Positions 43,818 to 50,519 of a stretch of DNA of 51,470 bases are shown here, piece by piece (position 1 is the first letter of the stretch; each line of letters starts with the position of its first letter). This DNA is from a virus: the IMG/VR virus record IMGVR_UViG_3300026522_000007, positions 1-51,470 of that record; one strand, written 5' to 3'. The notes under the pieces were generated by a model. It was not told the DNA's origin. It did not search any database and was given only the letters and a program-made list of their open reading frames with translations. The translations under genes were made by a program, and so were the position numbers.

Positions 43818-44201
43818 TTATAAAGTTTCAAGACGGTCAGACACAACACTAAGCTTTTGCTGAATTGCATTGGCCAAGTCGTCACCATCAAATCCAGAAA
43901 ACATTGCGATGTTCATAAGTACCACGAAACAATCAGCCAACTCCTCAAGCTTTGCATTCTTATCATACTTATCATTGCGATGTGATTTCCACCTTTTATC
44001 AGCGTCCAACACCTCACCAATCTCGGACATAAGCTGCTGAACATGATATGATGCTAAACCAACATCATCCACGGGAGCAGTAACCGTATGCTCATCCTTG
44101 TATCTATCATAGACACCTTTATGAATGAGCTTATCTTGAGTTATGAGTTGAGTGTTGAACAACTGCTGCAAAGTTATTGCATTAGTCGTCTTCCCATTCA
44201 T
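43818..44201 (-). CDS. All-alpha NTP pyrophosphohydrolase (dimeric dUTPase / MazG-like)
   Basis: 127 aa from ATG at 44201 (GAGGAGG upstream); LQQLFNTQ...SEIGEVLDA..RWK...EELADCFVVLMNIA. Confidence 0.6.
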   Translation of the reverse strand: MNGKTTNAITLQQLFNTQLITQDKLIHKGVYDRYKDEHTVTAPVDDVGLASYHVQQLMSEIGEVLDADKRWKSHRNDKYDKNAKLEELADCFVVLMNIAMFSGFDGDDLANAIQQKLSVVSDRLETL

Positions 44202-45030
44202 CCTCATCTTCCTCCTCTTCGCCCCAGTCTTCCTGGGCAGCATCCCATTCCTCAAGCTGATTGATGTAATACTTAGCAGGTTTCTTTGGAGCTACCTTGA
44301 TGTCGCGTTCCTTACAGAGGTTGTACAACTCTTTGGCAGACATTTCAGAGTAATCGACTGCATCGTCTTCCTCCTCTTCGCCCCAATCCTCATTGTCGTA
44401 ATCGTCCTCATCTTCATCATCTTCCGGCTCAGGCTTACGAGTGCTCTTCTTACCGGTAGACTTCGGAGCGCGTTTCTTAGGTGCCTCGTCCTCGTCTTCA
44501 TCGTCATCATCCTCGGTTGTATCACAAGGGAATGCCTTATCAAGCATCTTAAGGATAGACTTTACAGAATAAGCCTTTGCTTTCTCATTTCTAAACTTAA
44601 CCTTGTCCATAGGAACAACAGAGAACGTCTTGTTCTGCCGCTTACCGGAAACACTAATCACATAGTCACGATCAGTGATTGTGCCATAGTTCTCATACAT
44701 TGCCATCAGTGCAGGAATCGGGCTGCAGTTATTCACAGGGAACATGAACAGCTGAACTTCCTTGGTCTCATAATTCCATACAGACCAGATATACTGAGAA
44801 CGAGTACGAAGACTGTCATCATCACAATAAGGACAATCCCTTCCGAAAAGCTCCTGACAAGGAACATTGATTCCGGCCTCAAAGCTATCATGGAATGTAA
44901 CTTCCATCCCGTCATCCATATCAGTCAGGAAACGAACCCTGATTTTCTGACCTTCTCTGAAGTAGATAAACTTACCTTTGTTCTGACCGGACCTTTTTAC
45001 ATCCTGCTTGATTTTATCAACTAAACCCAT
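44182..45030 (-). CDS. gp32-like zinc-containing ssDNA-binding protein with an HeH-like module and acidic tail
   Basis: 282 aa; KIRVRFL...H...C..LFGRDCPYC...RTRSQYIWSVW...LFMF parallels T4 gp32 blocks from memory; C-terminal SAKELYNLCKERDIKVAPKKPAKYY; ends DEDEWEDD. Confidence 0.6.
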   Translation of the reverse strand: MGLVDKIKQDVKRSGQNKGKFIYFREGQKIRVRFLTDMDDGMEVTFHDSFEAGINVPCQELFGRDCPYCDDDSLRTRSQYIWSVWNYETKEVQLFMFPVNNCSPIPALMAMYENYGTITDRDYVISVSGKRQNKTFSVVPMDKVKFRNEKAKAYSVKSILKMLDKAFPCDTTEDDDDEDEDEAPKKRAPKSTGKKSTRKPEPEDDEDEDDYDNEDWGEEEEDDAVDYSEMSAKELYNLCKERDIKVAPKKPAKYYINQLEEWDAAQEDWGEEEEDEDEWEDD

Positions 45031-46004
45031 TATGGTTTCCTCCTTGTTTTTGATTCATAGATTTCCATAGTTTTCTTAAACATTTTATCGAACAACTCTT
45101 GAGTCATGTCGCCTGGGTCCTTTATTCCTTTAAGATACTTGAATCTCGTTACTTCGAAATGTTTCTCAAGAAATTTAGTACCTTTACGACCACACTCATC
45201 ATTGTCCAATGCACTTATTACTTTCATGATTCCTTTGTCTTTCAGCTTTTGAATTTGCTGAGGTGACATTTTCCAACCTAAAATAGCAACTACATTGTCT
45301 TCACCAAATTGCACAAACTTCAATCTGTCCATGTAACCCTCAACCACAAACACATAGTCTTTAGTTCCATAATCACCTACAAGAGTTGTTGCTCTACTGA
45401 ATCCTTCATTGTACAGGTACTTACGTCGTTCTTCAACTGACTTAATCATCGTACGACATACCCAGCCTTTGAACTTTCCGTTGTCAAGCATTGGGAATAT
45501 GATTCCGTAGCTCTTATTATATGTAACCTTAGCTTTGCATTTATGTAGGGTACTTGGTTTGAATCCTCTCTTGGTCATGTACTCTCTAGCAGCCACCACC
45601 TCAGGTTCATCAGAATCCCTCCAGTTAACTTTTCTTAATCCGTGGTAATAATCGTAGGCCTCATTATACAAGTCCCTTTGAAGTGGCTTCTGTTTAATCA
45701 GAGACCTATTCAGTTTTATACCACTACACTTATCGGATTTCAGAATACGAAGATATTTTTGATAAGCTTGCAAGTCATTCAGTCCATTGTACTTGGACTC
45801 CATAAGCTTTACAAACTTCTTTGCATCACCTGTCAATCCACATCCAAAGCAAAACCAAGAACCATCTTCAAAATTCACAATCATACTTGGGTTTACATCG
45901 TCATGAAAAGGACAAACGATTTTCTGACTTAATGATGCAACATCAGGTATCAGATTATAATACCATAAAACCTTTGCTAATGCTTCACCACTTTTGTTCT
46001 CCAT
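45030..46004 (-). CDS. DNA primase (CHC2 zinc finger + TOPRIM)
   Basis: CPFHDDVNPSMIV...WFCFGCGLTGD; TOPRIM VFVVEGYMD...ALDNDECGRKG. Confidence 0.85.
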   Translation of the reverse strand: MENKSGEALAKVLWYYNLIPDVASLSQKIVCPFHDDVNPSMIVNFEDGSWFCFGCGLTGDAKKFVKLMESKYNGLNDLQAYQKYLRILKSDKCSGIKLNRSLIKQKPLQRDLYNEAYDYYHGLRKVNWRDSDEPEVVAAREYMTKRGFKPSTLHKCKAKVTYNKSYGIIFPMLDNGKFKGWVCRTMIKSVEERRKYLYNEGFSRATTLVGDYGTKDYVFVVEGYMDRLKFVQFGEDNVVAILGWKMSPQQIQKLKDKGIMKVISALDNDECGRKGTKFLEKHFEVTRFKYLKGIKDPGDMTQELFDKMFKKTMEIYESKTRRKP

Positions 46005-46548
46005 CGTCATGCCCTCGTTTCACACCAACAGTGAAATAGGGTTTCTGACGTTTTACAGTGTAGCAACCTTTTACCTGTTCTGCGGTTATCTTCCCAATCT
46101 CCTCAAGCCTATCAAGCTCCTGAGTATCAACTGTTTGTGACACATTCAGAAACGACTTAAAGATTTTAGGGTCCACATCACATTCTTTAAGGTAAGCAAT
46201 CAATGCGTCCATGTCAGTGATTTCGTACTTCTTAATTATTACCTGCTTAGCAAGCTGTTTTCCTAAAGCTTTTGCAAGCTTATCAGGGTCGAACTCAACA
46301 CTTGACTTTTGAATACGATTGACCACCAAGTCGCTTTCGACTAAATCATCATACGAAAACGTAAGTGACTTATCGATGCCTTCACACTCAAAATAGTCCT
46401 CCATATCACTGCTGAATTGTGCTTTCAATTCATTGAACTGTGATTGCACCTGCTTAAATCTCGATTGTCTCTCAAAGAACTTACGAACAGATTGTCTACA
46501 CTCAGTCGAACTAAGTTTAGCTTTTCTGTTCCTCTTTGCCATTCTCAT
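45985..46548 (-). CDS. Hypothetical protein
   Basis: 187 aa; basic N-terminus; no motif recognised. Confidence 0.5.
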   Translation of the reverse strand: MRMAKRNRKAKLSSTECRQSVRKFFERQSRFKQVQSQFNELKAQFSSDMEDYFECEGIDKSLTFSYDDLVESDLVVNRIQKSSVEFDPDKLAKALGKQLAKQVIIKKYEITDMDALIAYLKECDVDPKIFKSFLNVSQTVDTQELDRLEEIGKITAEQVKGCYTVKRQKPYFTVGVKRGHDDGEQKW

Positions 46549-47029
46549 CCACCAATCCTTTCAAAAGCTTATAAACTCCACGAGGCCAACGCTTACCGGT
46601 ACGTACCCACACAATATCATCAAAAGATACGATGTACTCAGCACCATAATCAGTCTCAAGCTTAAGCTTACGATTCTTGGTAGATTTACGAGTGACCTTA
46701 GCAGATTTTACTCTGCCATTTGAAAGACGGAAAGCAACCAAAGTACCGATTTCAATGTTCTCAATATACGGCATCTTCTGAGCCATATCAACATCAACGT
46801 TGGCGGATTCTTTCTCAACTTTATCTTCCACCTCTACGACATCGTGATTGTCAATCTTACATTCGTCTTTAGCACTTTCAGATTCATCGTTCTTCTTCAA
46901 CACTTCCGCTCCTAAGATTGCATCAATCAGCTGGTCCTTGGTCATGTCCCATCTACCAGAGATGTTCATGTCCTTTGCAAGCTCTCTGAGCTCTTTACAG
47001 GTTTTCTTCTGCAGATTTTCTCTTGACAT
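46517..47029 (-). CDS. Hypothetical protein with a Rho_N/SAP-like N-terminal motif
   Basis: 170 aa; AAAGGAGG RBS; KTCKELRELAKDMNISGRWDMTKDQLIDAIL. Confidence 0.5.
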   Translation of the reverse strand: MSRENLQKKTCKELRELAKDMNISGRWDMTKDQLIDAILGAEVLKKNDESESAKDECKIDNHDVVEVEDKVEKESANVDVDMAQKMPYIENIEIGTLVAFRLSNGRVKSAKVTRKSTKNRKLKLETDYGAEYIVSFDDIVWVRTGKRWPRGVYKLLKGLVDENGKEEQKS

Positions 47030-47121
47030 ACCTATGTCCTCCTTTGATAATTTGGTAGCCCTATGCCACCGACCGGCTTATGCCGGTTTCGTCTTAATTT
47101 TCAAAGACTCATCAGGGTGAC

Positions 47122-47415
47122 TTAAAATTTTTCATATTTTTCATAATAATATTTAGAAGAAGCATCATCAGTATTCCAAAATTCTGTTCTAAGCATCTTA
47201 ACTTCGATATTCATCTTGCACATCTTAACTTCAACCTCTTGGGACACATACTCAAGTGACATTGCTTCACACCACTGAGCACCATCTTCAAAAGTGTATG
47301 TTTTCCAATAGCGTCCATACTCATCCATAAAAGATGTATCACATCTAAAATCATTATGATGTTTCTTAAAGAACGCCTTTTTCTCTTCATTGTAAGTATT
47401 GTAGCTAACTGTCAT
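47122..47415 (-). CDS. Hypothetical protein
   Basis: 97 aa; AGGAGGG RBS; behind promoter P8. Confidence 0.55.
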   Translation of the reverse strand: MTVSYNTYNEEKKAFFKKHHNDFRCDTSFMDEYGRYWKTYTFEDGAQWCEAMSLEYVSQEVEVKMCKMNIEVKMLRTEFWNTDDASSKYYYEKYEKF

Positions 47416-47454
47416 TGTTTTGCCCTCCTAAGCATTTGTTTTGTTTGTGATTTT

Positions 47455-47483
47455 ATTATACCATATAGGGTGCAGCTTGTACA
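47455..47483 (-). promoter_or_regulatory. Sigma-A-type promoter P8 (TGTACA-17-TGGTATAAT)
   Basis: Minus strand: AAGGGTGTACAAGCTGCACCCTATATGGTATAAT. Confidence 0.75.
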
Positions 47484-47492
47484 CCCTTAATT

Positions 47493-47783
47493 TTATCTGA
47501 TGAACATATCCACATGAGAATTTCTAAATGTTGCTGTTGAACCATCAACGAAGTTCAGCACTAAATATTCGTGATTCTCATCAATACAGCTTCCATCGGT
47601 TTCAGCTTCAATAGTTGCCGCATCATCACCATCAACAATACTCCAAGATTTTAATCCTGTGTAGTTGACTTCCTTTTCTTCACCGATGTTACCTGAGTAT
47701 TTGCTGTTCTCATACACATACAGCTTTACGTTTGCATCTGCAAGATTCTCAATAAACATTGTTCTCTCATAAGTCTTAATCAT
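47493..47783 (-). CDS. Hypothetical protein (first early gene)
   Basis: 96 aa from ATG at 47783 (AGGAGG 8 nt upstream). Confidence 0.55.
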   Translation of the reverse strand: MIKTYERTMFIENLADANVKLYVYENSKYSGNIGEEKEVNYTGLKSWSIVDGDDAATIEAETDGSCIDENHEYLVLNFVDGSTATFRNSHVDMFIR

Positions 47784-47839
47784 TTTTCGTTCCTCCTGAA
47801 CACTCATTATTTTGTAGGCCTTATCTTTAACCTGATTAT

Positions 47840-47868
47840 ATTATATCATGTTATTTTGAGTTTGTACA
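47840..47868 (-). promoter_or_regulatory. Sigma-A-type promoter P9 (TGTACA-17-TGATATAAT)
   Basis: Minus strand: TTTCAAAAACTTTTTAAAATGTATGTACAAACTCAAAATAACATGATATAAT; lies directly after the late-operon terminator. Confidence 0.8.
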
Positions 47869-47887
47869 TACATTTTAAAAAGTTTTT

Positions 47888-47929
47888 GAAAAAAGTTTCA
47901 GGGCGGCCAGAATCAGCTCCTGACCACCC
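47888..47929 (-). terminator. Rho-independent terminator at the end of the late operon
   Basis: Minus strand: GGGTGGTCAG-GAGCTGATT-CTGGCCGCCC (10-bp stem, two G.U) followed by TGAAACTTTTTTC. Confidence 0.75.
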
Positions 47930-47954
47930 CTACACTCATCAATCAGAAATTCAG

Positions 47955-48263
47955 TTACATACCGATTTGCTGAAACACGAAGCCGATGACAATACCAATG
48001 ATTGCTGTTATGATGTAGCCCGTCACTTTTCTCCACATCTCGCCATCTCGACTTTCAAGCTTCTCGAGTTTTTCTCCTTGTTCTTTCTGGGTCTCTGCCA
48101 TCTGCTTTATGCTTTGCGCGAGTTCTCTCACTGAGAGAGCAAGTTCTGTGACCTGCTTGGTCTGCTCTTCGAGAAGTTTGATTCTTTGATTTTGACGATT
48201 ATTCTCTGCATCTATCCTTTTGCAAAACTCTTCGTGCTCAGCTCTAGTGATTGGACTATCCAT
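47955..48263 (-). CDS. xhlA: XhlA-like protein (coiled coil + C-terminal transmembrane helix)
   Basis: 102 aa; helical N-terminus; C-terminal VTGYIITAIIGIVIGFVFQQI; follows the XkdX-like genes as in PBSX. Confidence 0.65.
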   Translation of the reverse strand: MDSPITRAEHEEFCKRIDAENNRQNQRIKLLEEQTKQVTELALSVRELAQSIKQMAETQKEQGEKLEKLESRDGEMWRKVTGYIITAIIGIVIGFVFQQIGM

Positions 48264-48286
48264 AACATTGTCCTCATGTTAGTTTC

Positions 48287-48412
48287 TTACTGAGCAAGTT
48301 CACCAAGGTCCAGAGCTTCAAGCACAGCCTTAACCTTAGGCTGAATGATAGCAGGTACCTGGTCAAACGTCTTGACACCCTTAATAATAAGAGTAGCATA
48401 AACCTCTGCCAC
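48287..48412 (-). CDS. XkdX-like small protein, copy 2
   Basis: 41 aa from GTG at 48412 (AGGAGG 7 nt upstream): MAEVYATLIIKGVKTFDQVPAIIQPKVKAVL... Confidence 0.6.
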   Translation of the reverse strand: MAEVYATLIIKGVKTFDQVPAIIQPKVKAVLEALDLGELAQ

Positions 48413-48477
48413 TGTCTGTTCCTCCTTTCTTAAAAGTAGTCTTAATATGAAAAGCTTGATTCTACACAGCATTTTCA

Positions 48478-48609
48478 TCACGCATCCTGAGCCAAAATCT
48501 TTTCAACATCAGCTCTAATTACTGAAGGCACATCATCAATCGTATAAGGCTTTCCAGTCTTGGGATTAATAGTTCCTTTTCTGATTAAATCAGCATATAC
48601 GTATGCCAT
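48478..48609 (-). CDS. XkdX-like small protein, copy 1 (not in the ORF track)
   Basis: Translated by hand: MAYVYADLIRKGTINPKTGKPYTIDDVPSVIRADVEKILAQDA; AGGAGG RBS. Confidence 0.6.
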   Translation of the reverse strand: MAYVYADLIRKGTINPKTGKPYTIDDVPSVIRADVEKILAQDA

Positions 48610-48615
48610 AGTAAC

Positions 48616-48954
48616 TTACCTCCTATCTTGCTGCGCTGCAATAAGCGTTTCAAACACTTCAGTAAGTCCTACCTGTGTCTGCGTAAGTTCTGCATTCAAC
48701 CTCTCAATCGTCTTTTCATCTTCAGTCATTTCTCTAAACGAAAAACGAGAACCAGTACCAAAGTCATAAGTAGAATTAAGTACCAGATTTTTATGTACCT
48801 CTCCATCAATGGTAACAGAAGCAAGGTTTTTATCAGTAAAGATTGATGCATCTACCTTTTCCTCTGTCTCATACTCAGTTCCATTCAGCTGACAATTCAA
48901 GACCGTGCCGTCTGCCAGCTGGACAATACTCTGCATTCTATCATTCATCATCAC
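48616..48954 (-). CDS. Hypothetical protein in the fibre-accessory block (XkdW position)
   Basis: 112 aa; start overlaps the upstream stop; call rests on synteny only. Confidence 0.4.
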   Translation of the reverse strand: MMMNDRMQSIVQLADGTVLNCQLNGTEYETEEKVDASIFTDKNLASVTIDGEVHKNLVLNSTYDFGTGSRFSFREMTEDEKTIERLNAELTQTQVGLTEVFETLIAAQQDRR

Positions 48955-49265
48955 ATATCTCCCTTATATCCGAGCACACAGCCATCTACGCCATGATAGT
49001 CACACTCACTGCACTTCATCCGGGTTTGCCACGTATCATACAGACACCGCTTCTCCGGCACGCTGATAAGTGGGCATGTCACCGGCTTGACATACGGACT
49101 GAATATGCTGGTGTGCATAGCCATGCACTGATACTCCTTGTATAACTCACAGTCGATGCACTTTCCTGGCATCTCCTTCATTTTAGTTACTGCTGCGATC
49201 ATCTGCTGCGTCTTCCTTTCCCTCAAGCCCAAGAGCCATGTATAAATCTTTTCTTGTATTTTCAA
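48951..49265 (-). CDS. Cys-rich hypothetical protein
   Basis: Up to 104 aa; start uncertain (TTG at 49265 or an internal ATG); 9 Cys including CIDC and CSEC. Confidence 0.4.
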   Translation of the reverse strand: MKIQEKIYTWLLGLRERKTQQMIAAVTKMKEMPGKCIDCELYKEYQCMAMHTSIFSPYVKPVTCPLISVPEKRCLYDTWQTRMKCSECDYHGVDGCVLGYKGDM

Positions 49266-49290
49266 TTCTCAATCTTGCTCCTCCTTTTAT

Positions 49291-49319
49291 TTTCAGCGGC
49301 TCGTAGCCAACCGCTGAAA
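49291..49319 (-). other. 9-bp-stem hairpin abutting the next RBS, with no U tract
   Basis: Minus strand: TTTCAGCGG-TTGGCTACGAG-CCGCTGAAA followed by ATAAAAGGAGGAGC. Confidence 0.6.
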
Positions 49320-49464
49320 TCCTGTAAATAACAACAAATAACGACACACTATATAATTATAATTGCTTAGTTTATAGTTATTGACTGCTACGATAAAATA
49401 ACGTCAAATGACGATATTCTCATGTTTTCTAAAATCGTCTCCTTAATCAGTAAATCAATCGTAT

Positions 49465-49484
49465 GTGTCGGCTTTCGCCGACAC
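49465..49484 (-). terminator. GC-rich 8-bp hairpin with a GAAA tetraloop, 9 nt after the fibre gene stop
   Basis: Minus strand: GTGTCGGC-GAAA-GCCGACAC followed by ATACGATTGATTT (weak U tract); see findings for an alternative reading. Confidence 0.5.
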
Positions 49485-49493
49485 GATTGACGA

Positions 49494-50474
49494 TTAGGTT
49501 AAAACGATGAGCGGGGCCAAGCCGTCGGGATCGGAGGCGTTGCTGGCGCCCTGCTCGCCGTTGTTGCCGACAGTACAAAATGTCGCGGAATCAACAGTAG
49601 GGTCTGCCAGCCAGTACCACTGATGAGAATCTACAGATTTGTTAAATCCTCTTCCTTTCATAACATGTGCGTTACCACCAGTAAACAACGCCAGACTATG
49701 ACAAACAGGACCACCGGAAAACTGGTCAGTCCAACCTTGATGACCAAGCATCTCAATTATAGACGGAAGTGAAATTCTACGAGATGCCCAAGCCCACGTT
49801 CCTTTATTATTTTCCAGCCTTCTTACAGTGGTCATATAACCCTGCAATTTAGCTGAGAAAGTACCAGCAATTTTTTCCAAAGCTGCCGGCATTAAACTTC
49901 CAGCAAAACCACCAGAGTTTGTGTTTGACGTATTATACCGCTGAACTTCTTCGAGACAGTCACGAGGAACACAGATAATGTTATTGCTTTCAAGAGTACT
50001 TTCAAGAGGCGTATCGCCGCAATGAAGATAGCCATTCTTATCTGCGACTTCCCACATCACCTTTTGCCCATTAGTTCTTGTGTCAATGAAATAGTCACCA
50101 ATAGCGAACTTATCCCACTGACCTGCACGAACATATTTCATCAGAGTATCAAGGTTCTGCTCAATTCCAAAATAACCATAAGGTGCCATGATTTCTCTTT
50201 TCATAATTGCAAAGTCATCATTCATCCCTTTAACCAATGCAGATGAAGGAACTTTTCCAGCTTTATCGGTCTGAATAGATGAGATGCTTGCAATAGTCAT
50301 CATTGCATCTTTATCACCTTTAAGCGATGCTTGAATTACAGCAATCAAATTACTGTAAGTCATCTTTCTTGTGCCACCGTCAGCAAGCTCAACAATAATC
50401 ATGTCGCTTCCAACAAGTCCTGTAGTCGCTTGCAACTCGGGAATCTTTTTAGTTTGTACAGAAAGTACACTCAT
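49494..50474 (-). CDS. Tail fibre / receptor-binding protein with a lectin-like (DUF1566-like) C-terminus
   Basis: 326 aa from ATG at 50474 (AGGAGG 8 nt upstream); C-terminal WAWASRRISLPSIIEML...HQWYWLADP...FCTVGNNG pattern; GC-rich last ~70 nt. Confidence 0.55.
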   Translation of the reverse strand: MSVLSVQTKKIPELQATTGLVGSDMIIVELADGGTRKMTYSNLIAVIQASLKGDKDAMMTIASISSIQTDKAGKVPSSALVKGMNDDFAIMKREIMAPYGYFGIEQNLDTLMKYVRAGQWDKFAIGDYFIDTRTNGQKVMWEVADKNGYLHCGDTPLESTLESNNIICVPRDCLEEVQRYNTSNTNSGGFAGSLMPAALEKIAGTFSAKLQGYMTTVRRLENNKGTWAWASRRISLPSIIEMLGHQGWTDQFSGGPVCHSLALFTGGNAHVMKGRGFNKSVDSHQWYWLADPTVDSATFCTVGNNGEQGASNASDPDGLAPLIVLT

Positions 50475-50519
50475 TATATTTTCCTCCTTGTTCATTTATT
50501 GTTTTATAGTTTGTTAAAC

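Noticed and set aside
44152-45024. 290-aa plus-strand ORF
   Set aside because: It is antisense to the gp32-like SSB gene. The long open frame is explained by the GAA/GAT-rich acidic coding on the other strand. It has no RBS or recognisable motif.
49494-50474. A complete diversity-generating retroelement
   Set aside because: No ORF has reverse-transcriptase motifs (no YxDD-type block of the right size). No template-repeat copy of the GC-rich 3' segment occurs elsewhere in the closed genome. Only the orphan variable-region-like features are reported as a hypothesis.
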